Origin: a virus
Taxonomy: Duplodnaviria; Caudoviricetes
Direction: 5' to 3' (one strand)
Virus record (IMG/VR): IMGVR_UViG_3300042556_001022
Span: 1 to 24,534 of that record
Length of the DNA: 24,534 bases
Part shown: positions 9,277-18,300 of the stretch, one piece after another
How the letters are laid out: each line of letters begins with the position of its first letter
Position numbering within the stretch: the stretch's first letter is position 1
Made by a program: the position numbers and the translations under genes
The notes under the pieces: generated by a model
The model's database searches: none
Told to the model about the DNA's origin: nothing
Seen by the model: the letters and a program-made list of their open reading frames with translations, nothing else

Positions 9277-10167
9277 TTATTTGGAATTAAGTAACCTTTC
9301 GAATTCTAGCATAGCGTTTGACACTTGGGGAGACTCAACAGTCATCGGATTACTTGGAAAAGCATTTGATGAATTTGATGATTCAACAGTTGGTGACGGG
9401 ATGCCTAATGATTGGGAAGTTCCACCACTATTATTAGGAGTAAAAGTTGGTGCAATATTACCTGCCATATGATTACCTATTGCCTTATCTACAAAATCTG
9501 TATTAGGCTTTGGATATAGATAATTTTCCAATACTTTAATCAACTCCTCTTTCGTTGGTGCTTTAAAAATATCTTCCAATTTTGGCACTTCAGATAGTGC
9601 TTTAGCACCTACTTCATTATCAGAAAACGCAGCGGTCTTATTAGGCTTAATCATAATTGAAGTACTAGGATATCCATCTCCTTGCTTCTTATGGTACTCA
9701 ACATAGATGTCGTTACCATTTGTCAAGTCTGATATATCTCCGTAGTCTCCACTGTTTAAAAATTTGGCTAAAGTTGCATAAACAGCTTCCGTAAAACCAT
9801 AAAATCTAACTCCCTTGCTTTCTTCCCCTCTTACCAAAATTGGAGCATATACTCTCAATTTAGGTTCTAGCTTCTTCCCTCTTATCCAAGAATCTTTGTT
9901 TCCCTCTGCTTGTAGTTTCTTAGCCCACTGCATAATTGGGTCATCCATTCCGTAGGTAACAGGTGAGACAATAGGTTTTTCTGATAAACCGTAGTGGAAG
10001 TAAATTCTTCTTAAGGAGTCTGTTGGCTCGTGTGGGTAGGGGACGATTCTAATGATGTGTTCCTTTTCAGGTTTCCAAAATAAATCATCATTCTTTGCTG
10101 AATCTTTTGACGTTTTTTTATTCAAGCGATTAATATCATCTTGAATAGCTGAGAAATTAATTGGCAT
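9277..10167 (-). CDS. Single-stranded DNA-binding protein, T4 gp32-like
   Basis: FWKP..IIRIVPY, YFHYG, DPI, YGDISDLTNGNDI segments typical of gp32-like phage SSBs; low-complexity S/P/N linker and short C-terminal helix; located next to recA. Confidence 0.8.
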   Translation of the reverse strand: MPINFSAIQDDINRLNKKTSKDSAKNDDLFWKPEKEHIIRIVPYPHEPTDSLRRIYFHYGLSEKPIVSPVTYGMDDPIMQWAKKLQAEGNKDSWIRGKKLEPKLRVYAPILVRGEESKGVRFYGFTEAVYATLAKFLNSGDYGDISDLTNGNDIYVEYHKKQGDGYPSTSIMIKPNKTAAFSDNEVGAKALSEVPKLEDIFKAPTKEELIKVLENYLYPKPNTDFVDKAIGNHMAGNIAPTFTPNNSGGTSQSLGIPSPTVESSNSSNAFPSNPMTVESPQVSNAMLEFERLLNSK

Positions 10168-10189
10168 AACTTAAAAATTTTGTTTAAAA

Positions 10190-10621
10190 TTAAAGATATA
10201 TTGATTTTTTAAAATCCAAATTTACAAAAACTAATCTCTCTTCAAAATATGCTTCTGAAGTAGACTGTTCGTCAGCAGGAAATCTCTTCACTATAAGAAG
10301 TACATCCCTATAATTTTCCCAATCTATTTGATAACTCTTATCTAAAATTCCATTGTTCAATACCTTGATTAATGAATTTAATGCATTAATGGTGTATAAG
10401 GTATTTGTGTGTTTCTTCTTATTTATTGATATAGTGTTCTTAGCCAAACCATCTCTCAAATTGTCTTCAGTATTATAAACTAATACCGAGCTATGTGGAT
10501 TGTCTCTGTCTGTATACATATAAAACTTATTGTTATATATTTTATAATACGTTGATAAGTAATCAACAGTTAGACTCAGCGAATCATTAGAAGTAAATGT
10601 ACATAAAAATTGTCCTTTCAT
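10190..10621 (-). CDS. Conserved-looking hypothetical protein in the replication operon
   Basis: 143 aa ORF between the short PolA and SSB, with a motif-like block NTISINKKKHTNTLYTINALN...NNGILDKSYQIDW. Confidence 0.75.
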   Translation of the reverse strand: MKGQFLCTFTSNDSLSLTVDYLSTYYKIYNNKFYMYTDRDNPHSSVLVYNTEDNLRDGLAKNTISINKKKHTNTLYTINALNSLIKVLNNGILDKSYQIDWENYRDVLLIVKRFPADEQSTSEAYFEERLVFVNLDFKKSIYL

Positions 10622-10636
10622 AATAAATCTTTTTGG

Positions 10637-11878
10637 TTAGCATACGATGCTAAATAGCTCCATATCTTTGTAGTTTTTTCCTTTTTTTACTTTGCTATTA
10701 ATTAATATTTTTTTTACATCTTTTAATAAATCATAACCATCTTCTACGTTATAATCTATTAATATTGAATCATAGGTGTATAATATCATCTTAGATTTTT
10801 TGTTGTCTAACAAGGTATTCACTCCATGTATAAATAGCATAGAAAGTTCAGTTTCTATCATTTGTATATAATAACTGAATAGTTTTGATTTATTCATTTC
10901 ATCACTTACTGAAAGTTTTCTTTGGGTTATAGGGCTTTCTATATATCCTATAGTTTGGTACTGCTCCCAAATTTTTTCTTTAAGTGAATATACTTTATTA
11001 AAAAAATCTACATTATACCTATCACATAAGTCTTTATCATCTTTATATAGTAAAGTAAAACTTATCTTCTTACTATCCTCATATTGAGATTCTGTAATAG
11101 TATCCGTATTAAAATACATTTTTGCGAAATGTGTGTGTAATGATTCTATATCTGAAAAATCATAGTTTAATAACTTTCCAATAATCCTAATGTGATAGGA
11201 GTCAAAATCATACTCAACTAGATACCCACTATCAAATCTACTTATAAAATTCAATCTACTATCATCTTTTTTATTTATAGCTGAATAGTTAACTCCATCA
11301 TATACATTAGATGGTCTACCTGTTTTAGTATGAATATTATAGAGAACTTTTACAAAGTTATTGGAATATTTTCTATTAAAATTAGAGTTGAAAGAATCTA
11401 ATTCTACATACATACAATTTTTTTCTATAATTTCTATAGAGGGATAAACTACATTTGTATAAAATTCAGATGCCTTAGATATGTCTAAGCAATTTTTACA
11501 ATCTAAAATAGTATGTATAAGTTTCTCAGACATTGCTACATATACATAATATGGAACATATCTATAGTAATCCAACCTCCTGTAATGTTTTAGATATTTC
11601 TTGAAATTTATAACATCTAAATCTACAGATTCACCACCCAACCAAGCTTGAGTCTCTAAATCATAAGATATTATAGATTTATAATGAGTATCGAATAATC
11701 TCTTATTCACTACAACAGAGTTCGTACTAATTTTAGGTAATTCCACATTTTCCACGTCTGTCAAATCTATAGGATAATGTCTTATGGACTTATCAAAGTC
11801 ATCATATATAGACATGAATCCTATCTTAGAGTCAAGATAGTGACCATACTTGCTTGGAATGCATATAACTATATTCAT
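10637..11878 (-). CDS. Short divergent family A polymerase-like protein (palm and fingers present, thumb missing, degenerate exonuclease domain)
   Basis: HTKTGRPSN, motif A YDFDSYHIR (D224), motif B SKKISFTLLY (K270/F274/Y278), YYIQ (Q339), motif C LYTYDSILID (D370). Only 413 aa. Confidence 0.82.
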   Translation of the reverse strand: MNIVICIPSKYGHYLDSKIGFMSIYDDFDKSIRHYPIDLTDVENVELPKISTNSVVVNKRLFDTHYKSIISYDLETQAWLGGESVDLDVINFKKYLKHYRRLDYYRYVPYYVYVAMSEKLIHTILDCKNCLDISKASEFYTNVVYPSIEIIEKNCMYVELDSFNSNFNRKYSNNFVKVLYNIHTKTGRPSNVYDGVNYSAINKKDDSRLNFISRFDSGYLVEYDFDSYHIRIIGKLLNYDFSDIESLHTHFAKMYFNTDTITESQYEDSKKISFTLLYKDDKDLCDRYNVDFFNKVYSLKEKIWEQYQTIGYIESPITQRKLSVSDEMNKSKLFSYYIQMIETELSMLFIHGVNTLLDNKKSKMILYTYDSILIDYNVEDGYDLLKDVKKILINSKVKKGKNYKDMELFSIVC

Positions 11879-11897
11879 ATCTTGTAACTTCTTTATG

Positions 11898-11905
11898 CAA
11901 ATATA
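11898..11905 (-). promoter_or_regulatory. Bacteroidota-type primary-sigma -7 promoter element (TAnnTTTG) at the head of the replication module
   Basis: Minus strand AGTATATTTG at 11907..11898, 19 nt upstream of ATG 11878, at the boundary between structural and replication genes. Confidence 0.6.
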
Positions 11906-11931
11906 CTGTATTATTTTAAAATTTTTGAAAT

Positions 11932-12453
11932 TTACTTATAAAATTCCAAACTATTTTTTAAAAAATTATCTAATCCTTTGAAATCTTTCAAGTTATCTCT
12001 TATTTGTCTTAAATTAAAATTTTGAACATACCTTGAATTACCTGAAATCATCCATTGAAAACTTACTGAATTATATATATTTAAATCTATTCCACTTTTT
12101 TTTGAATTAGATTTTATATTACTGAATTGTTCAGAGTCTATTTCTACTATAGTATTCAATGGTGAATTTCTTTTTTGCACAAAATACCTTGTTACTATGC
12201 CTACTGAATACTCCAAATCAGTTGGCTTTATTTTTATAGGTATAGGTGCTTCGTAACCTCCCTTAGTTATACTTCTAAGTCTAATTGTTTCTGTATTAAA
12301 CGTATGTCTAGGAATTAATATTTTAGTATTAACCTTCATATCGTCATATATATATGCAATGTTATTTTCAGGATTTATATAATATTGTCCAACATACTCT
12401 AAACCATTCATAGTATAATATTCTAAACCTTTGGTATGTTTTACTTCTCTCAT
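11932..12453 (-). CDS. Hypothetical protein, last gene of the tail/baseplate block
   Basis: ORF track gives 11932..12480. The ATG at 12453 (MREVKHTKG) sits just after the upstream stop and is the more likely start. No recognised family. Confidence 0.7.
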   Translation of the reverse strand: MREVKHTKGLEYYTMNGLEYVGQYYINPENNIAYIYDDMKVNTKILIPRHTFNTETIRLRSITKGGYEAPIPIKIKPTDLEYSVGIVTRYFVQKRNSPLNTIVEIDSEQFSNIKSNSKKSGIDLNIYNSVSFQWMISGNSRYVQNFNLRQIRDNLKDFKGLDNFLKNSLEFYK

Positions 12454-12458
12454 ACTTA

Positions 12459-14492
12459 TTATATGTTTAAATATGGACATGCCCTCGTGCTAATAGATGT
12501 TGTCCAAACTCCTGTAGCATCTATTTTATCTTCAACATCCATTACAACAAACCCAATACCGTTGCTAGGTCTTGCAAAATCAGGTAAATTTGTTGACGTG
12601 AATACATTACCCGCTATGATAGGATATGTCCCTTCCATTTCTATTTTCATTTCTAAATCAAAATATTCCATAAAACTAAATTTATTATCAGTACTCGTAC
12701 CTCGAATAACTTCTATAGCATTATGTATTTTTTTAAATTCAGCCAATGATGAACATGCATCTGCTATAGTATCTTCACTGAAATCTTTTTTAGCCATTCT
12801 AGCATATACTCCTATTTTTTCATCTGTTGAAGTTAGTTTTTTTATAATTGATTTGTATTCCTTATCTACATTGTCAGGATACTCGGTGTCTTCTGATATT
12901 TTACCTGAAGTGCCTGAACCTTCTCGTATGCCCGTTACTAATGCTAAATCAACTAAATCTGTTGGTAATTTACCTTCAACAATTAATGATAGAGAATTTC
13001 CATCACCTTTTATAGGGTCTAACTCAAATAATGGATGCGGAGCACCACTAACTGCTAAAGCATCTGTAATAATTAATTCTTGTAATTGAAATTTATCGTC
13101 TATTTTAGTAGGGTCAGGTAATCTAAATGATAGATTAACAAAATTACCTGAACATCTTGATATTCTCGAAAAGATAGTTTCAAAGAATTCTTTAATGCTA
13201 TATGTAACATCTGAGATTCTATCTGTTTTATTTGCTTTGTTCTTAGTAGATTCTTCTCTAGCAGTATTTAATTCTTGAAATTTTAGGTGTAATTCATCTA
13301 CTACAAATCTTCTACTTATTAATATGTATCTATGAGCAACACGGTCTCCTAAGAAACAGTTAGACTTAAAGAATGAGCCTCCTACTTCAAAATCTTTTCC
13401 GTTTCCTGCATTATTTTTATAATTTCCTGAACCTCTCCCCAAAAATAATACGGACGTAGGGTCTCCTGACCTAAATTTATTACCTAGCTTATTCGCAGGA
13501 ACTGAGGAGTATGGATTCTCTTTTTCAAATCCAATTTTAAATTTAAATTTATTTCCACACTTATCATTAGTTGCCTTAATTATAGTTTTATTTATTAAAT
13601 CTACAAGATATTGTAAGGATATATATTCGTGAGCATCACTACCTATACCTGTTCTCTCTTCTTTGCTGTTCATGAATGAGGATATGAATGCCATGAAGGC
13701 ATTACTGCCGGGAAAATATTCGTATATCTTTCCAACAGGATTTCCCCCTGCCATTCCTACTGATTTAGGTTCGTACCCATCACTGAACTGAGATGTTCTC
13801 TTTGAACCGCCTTCCTGTAAGTCATACATTATCTTAGTAATTAGGCTAGAAACATTCTCAGTACCTGAGAATGCTAAGCTACCATACTTAAATACTTGAT
13901 TAGGAAATACATAAGATACATCACATGATAGTACGTCAAGATTTGCTATAGCAGATGCAGGGCCAATCGCATTGAATCTACATATATATGTATTTAATTC
14001 TGTATTCGAATAACCTCCCGCTATTACATACGCTCCCTCTATTTTATTAGATACTCTACCTCTACCTCCATAATCAGAACCATTACCCCATTCTATCGTT
14101 ATCGGATTCCTATCCTTCTCTCTTCGTAAATATGCCCTTGAATAAGTAACAAATTCATCAAAAGAAAATACCTCGAATTCAACATCTATCTCTAATGTTA
14201 AATTCATTTTTTCAGCTTTTCCTGTAACTCTCTTTATACTTAAACTTTTTAGCATAGCCTTTACAGGTCTATTAGTATCTTGATGGTCATAGCTTTGTTC
14301 ATACCCCCCTAAATTAGATTGAAGAGACGGATACTTAGTGTTTGGCATTGATATTCTAGCCCACGCAGGTAATCTACGTTTATAATCACCACTAAGGTCT
14401 TCAGCTCCATTTCGCATATCATAATGTAACTTTTTCCGAGTTGACATTATACTATATGTAGTATCATCAAATTTTTGCCTAAGTAAGTCCAT
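12459..14492 (-). CDS. Putative baseplate hub / tail protein (gp27/VgrG-N-like by position)
   Basis: 677 aa, follows the tube-initiator and LysM genes. PITIEWG segment and C-terminal FVVMDVEDKIDATGVWTTSI resemble hub-type proteins. Assignment is mostly syntenic. Confidence 0.5.
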   Translation of the reverse strand: MDLLRQKFDDTTYSIMSTRKKLHYDMRNGAEDLSGDYKRRLPAWARISMPNTKYPSLQSNLGGYEQSYDHQDTNRPVKAMLKSLSIKRVTGKAEKMNLTLEIDVEFEVFSFDEFVTYSRAYLRREKDRNPITIEWGNGSDYGGRGRVSNKIEGAYVIAGGYSNTELNTYICRFNAIGPASAIANLDVLSCDVSYVFPNQVFKYGSLAFSGTENVSSLITKIMYDLQEGGSKRTSQFSDGYEPKSVGMAGGNPVGKIYEYFPGSNAFMAFISSFMNSKEERTGIGSDAHEYISLQYLVDLINKTIIKATNDKCGNKFKFKIGFEKENPYSSVPANKLGNKFRSGDPTSVLFLGRGSGNYKNNAGNGKDFEVGGSFFKSNCFLGDRVAHRYILISRRFVVDELHLKFQELNTAREESTKNKANKTDRISDVTYSIKEFFETIFSRISRCSGNFVNLSFRLPDPTKIDDKFQLQELIITDALAVSGAPHPLFELDPIKGDGNSLSLIVEGKLPTDLVDLALVTGIREGSGTSGKISEDTEYPDNVDKEYKSIIKKLTSTDEKIGVYARMAKKDFSEDTIADACSSLAEFKKIHNAIEVIRGTSTDNKFSFMEYFDLEMKIEMEGTYPIIAGNVFTSTNLPDFARPSNGIGFVVMDVEDKIDATGVWTTSISTRACPYLNI

Positions 14493-14787
14493 TTTCTATT
14501 AATTTTTGAATTTCTAACTCATCTATAGGATATGGAATACGAAGTCTACGTCCTGACGGAACTGTAAAACTACCTTTACCTAAATCATTTGCTCTTGCTA
14601 TAACCCACCATAATGTTTGGTCTTTGTAAAATTCAAATGCTAATAAATCCAATCTATCTGATTTCCTAGAATATATATATAAATCGCTTTGTCTAAATGG
14701 TATGGATGGATAAAATGTAGAACTATATCTTTCATTCTCAGTAGACTTATCCTTAATTTCCGATGCTAGTTTTCTATACCTGTTCAT
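14479..14787 (-). CDS. LysM-like baseplate protein (gp53 / tail X-like)
   Basis: DRLDLLAFEFYKDQTLWWVIARANDL...VPSGRRLRIP is the typical LysM/gp53-type baseplate signature. Confidence 0.8.
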   Translation of the reverse strand: MNRYRKLASEIKDKSTENERYSSTFYPSIPFRQSDLYIYSRKSDRLDLLAFEFYKDQTLWWVIARANDLGKGSFTVPSGRRLRIPYPIDELEIQKLIENGLT

Positions 14788-14792
14788 TAGTA

Positions 14793-15341
14793 TTATGTTC
14801 TATTGCTGAATATATTTTCCGCTGCTGATGGCATTTTTTTACCTATCCATCTTAGAGTCATATTAACAGTTGTTAATACAGGTAAATTATCTATCCAACT
14901 TGTTTTATCGTTTTCCCATTGGTAATCTAAAGAGTTTATATATCCAATTTCATTAATATATATATCTCCAATTGTAAAATTTACAAAGTTACCTTGAAAT
15001 CCTTTATTGCCTTCGAAATAATTAGGTAGTGTACCTTTTGCTAAATCATCTAATTTATTAAACATTGATTGAGTATCTGACCTACCTCCTTCTGCAACCA
15101 CGGTAAAATTTAAATCTACGTCCTTTGCAAATGAAGCTAGTAATACTTTTGAGTCAGCTCTGCCAATTTCTGTAAAATCTTGCCAATTAGGTGCAAACCT
15201 AGAAGATATAGTATTTAGATATGCAGGAAAAGTAACTGTTAATTGTAATGGTATAATTTTAAATATTAATTGAGTAAATCTTGGTTTGATAGATTTAGGA
15301 CTATTTACAGGACTAGATGATATACTTCTTGATTTTGCCAT
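14793..15341 (-). CDS. Putative tail tube initiator / baseplate protein (gp48/gp54-like)
   Basis: Immediately follows TMP. FPAYLNTISSRFAPNWQ...IGRAD and FTIGDIY...GYINSLDYQWE...W segments fit a tube-fold baseplate protein. Confidence 0.6.
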   Translation of the reverse strand: MAKSRSISSSPVNSPKSIKPRFTQLIFKIIPLQLTVTFPAYLNTISSRFAPNWQDFTEIGRADSKVLLASFAKDVDLNFTVVAEGGRSDTQSMFNKLDDLAKGTLPNYFEGNKGFQGNFVNFTIGDIYINEIGYINSLDYQWENDKTSWIDNLPVLTTVNMTLRWIGKKMPSAAENIFSNRT

Positions 15342-18300
15342 TTATATAGTTTTTTTAAGTTTTGATTTCAATTTACTTACCGTACCATCATCAAACTCAA
15401 TAACTAACTGTGGAGACATGGATATATACTGTTGCATTACATTTAGTAATCTATCTAATTTATAATTAATATTTGTACTTTGAGATGTTGCATTGCTATC
15501 TTTATATGTAGGATTGGTTTCTGTATCAACATTCGATGTATTCTTTGTTTTTATAGGATTAGAATTTATTTTTGTATCTACAGTTGCGTTGGATTTTACT
15601 GAAACATCTCCCAAAGTTTTTACATTTGTAGATATTTTAGACATATCTACAGATTGTAATGCCTTAAAACTATTAGCTAAAGATAATATAGAATCTGATA
15701 GTTGTGAGATAGGGTCAGAATATTGTAATACTTTGTCTCCAAAATATCCAAAAGATAATGCAAATGCTGCAAATCCAATGGATGCTGCCATTAATCCTAA
15801 ACTTGCTATAACAGCAGATGCACTGAATAATATTAATGCAGGGCCTAACAATCCTATAGCAAGTACTCTTTCCATACTCATCGATTCTAAAGAACTAGCA
15901 AATGCTTGTATAGCAGGTGCTGCTAAACTTAATGCATATCCTAATGCTACAGCTGTTCCCACAAGTAATGCTAATCCTAATAGTGCCATAGGGTTAGCCA
16001 TTGCAGCCCCGAATGTATTTAATGCTACACCTAATAATGTTAAACCTGTTGCTGCCAATGGAGCAGCAAAACCTAATGCTGCCATACCTATTGCAGCAGG
16101 TATAGCAGCTATGAATCCAACAGATGCTAATATTAATGCTAATGAACCTAATAGAACTTTAGTCGTACCCATAGACCTTAGTCCTGATGCAATACCTTGC
16201 AAATTCTTTTTTAACATTTCCCCATCAATAGATGCCATAGCTTTAATACCAACCATAGCAGGTCTCATTACTATAAATCCTAAGGATGCTAATGCTAATC
16301 CTAAAGAACCCATAAAAGTTTTACCCGTACCCATAGACCTAAGTCCTGAAGCTAAACCCTGTAAATTCTTTTTTAACATTTCTGCATCTATTTTAGACAA
16401 TGCTTTTATTTGAGGTAGTGCAGGTTTCATTGCAGTAAATCCTACAGATGCTTTAGTTAATCCTGCTGCACCCGCAGTAGCTTTACCTGAACCCATAGAT
16501 TGCAAACCTGATGCTAAACTTTTTAGAAAATCTTTTACAATTTGCCCTGATTCAGGTTTTATTTGTTTTGATGCTTTTATACTATTTTGTAAATCTGTGC
16601 CTATGCCTCCACCCGCATTAGCTTGTGAAGTTGGTGCAGCACCTCCCATACGACTTGAAACTGCTCCTTTCACTCTATCATATATACCTTTAGCTTTTGT
16701 TTTTAAGGTATCCATATTAAGCATACCTGTGATGTTTCCTAAATTTAGTTTGCTTAATTTGGAAAATGCAAGATATACCATTCCTATGCCACTTACTAAA
16801 CCTATTACATTTTTTGTAGCACTCAAAATTCCATCATTAAAACCATCTCCAAACTTCTTAACAGCTCCCGTTAAACCATCATCTATTATATCATTTATAA
16901 ATTGTAATGGCATTAGCAAACCCTCAATAATATATCCAACAATTTGAAATGCAACTCCGACTCCCTTAATTATTAATGCCATCACCGATATAATATTTGA
17001 TGCAGTTTCTAACACAGGAACTAATGCTTCAACTAAAGGTAGTACAGCTATTATAAGTGCATTTTTAATTTTGCTTAATGCTACATCAAATCTTTCAGCT
17101 TGTTGAGCTTTTGATATTTCAGACTTTAATTGTCCTGCACTCATCTTCTCTACACCATCCAAAGTTTTTAAATGGTCTAAAGCATACTTCTGTTCCTCTT
17201 CCGATAATCCTGTTAACTTCTCTCGTATGTATAAACTCTTCTGCAATTCACCAACCTCCATACCAAATGCTTTTGCTAAAAGCATTCTTTGAGGTACTGA
17301 AGCTTTTTGAAACTCAGCATAAGTACCCGATTGCTTAGAGATTTCTTGCATCATCTTCACGGTATCACCTTGAAGAGCATAGTTCCTTGCAGCACTCACA
17401 TCTATCAATTTACCCATGGCAACAGATGCTTCCATCTGTGCTGTTAAACTTCCTTGGACATCGAATAAATGGTCTTGAGTTTTTGCTGCTTGTGATAGAC
17501 TATATCCTAATTTACGAACCTCTATAGCTGCTTTTGCTGCTTCGATTGGCATTCCTGCGAAATTTGTTGCGAGATATTCGGAATTGTCTACTAGGTCTTT
17601 TGCAATCACACCGGGTGCGAGTTTATTTGCCTTAGCCAAATTACCCACAGCAACTTGCATATTTCCCGCAATACTTTCATCAGCACCCAACTCCATAAAA
17701 GTACCCTGCAATTGAGAAGCAGTTTCAGCAGCATATCCAAATACCTTAGCAGCATCTGATATCTGAACTAATGTAGTGTCAGTTAACTGTGAAAATCTTC
17801 CATATTGTTGTATATATGCTGTTTGAACAGCAATTATATCTTCTAATGTAGATAGTTGATTATGGAAAGCAGTTTGTGCAGATAGTGCATTCTTATATAA
17901 ATCGTATGCCTGTACAGATGCTAACCCTGTTTGAGCTTGTATACCTTTTGTTATCTCATTTATTGAACTCAGTAAACCATGGACTGCTTTAAATGCAAAT
18001 ACCATTCCACCGATGATAGGGCCCATCATACCGATATGACCTCTCATAACTTTCATACCCGCTGCTAAAGCTTTTATAGGGTCTTTAGTTTCTATAAAAG
18101 TATCTCTAATAGCTTTACCCGCATCTATTGAAATATCTTTAGCTTGTAAGAATGCTTTTGATATGTTACCTCCTATGAAAGGAATCAGATTAGCTATAGC
18201 AGCATACTTAGTATACGATGAATCAACGCTCCTTACATAATCTTCATATGCATCATTTATCTCTCTTCTAACTCCTAACTCAGATTTTAAAGCATTTGTT

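Noticed and set aside
1720-9472. Short plus-strand ORFs at 1720, 5564, 7644, 8710 and 9281
   Set aside because: All lie antisense to well-supported enzymes and have no recognisable features.
12436-13089. 217-aa plus-strand ORF
   Set aside because: Antisense to the baseplate hub-like gene; Ser/Ile-rich shadow composition with no motifs.
15493-16413. 306-aa plus-strand ORF (also 16597..16947 and 17078..17338)
   Set aside because: Antisense shadows of the TMP gene. The Ala/Asn/Pro-rich translation mirrors the hydrophobic TMP codons, there is no convincing start, and no plus-strand gene context.
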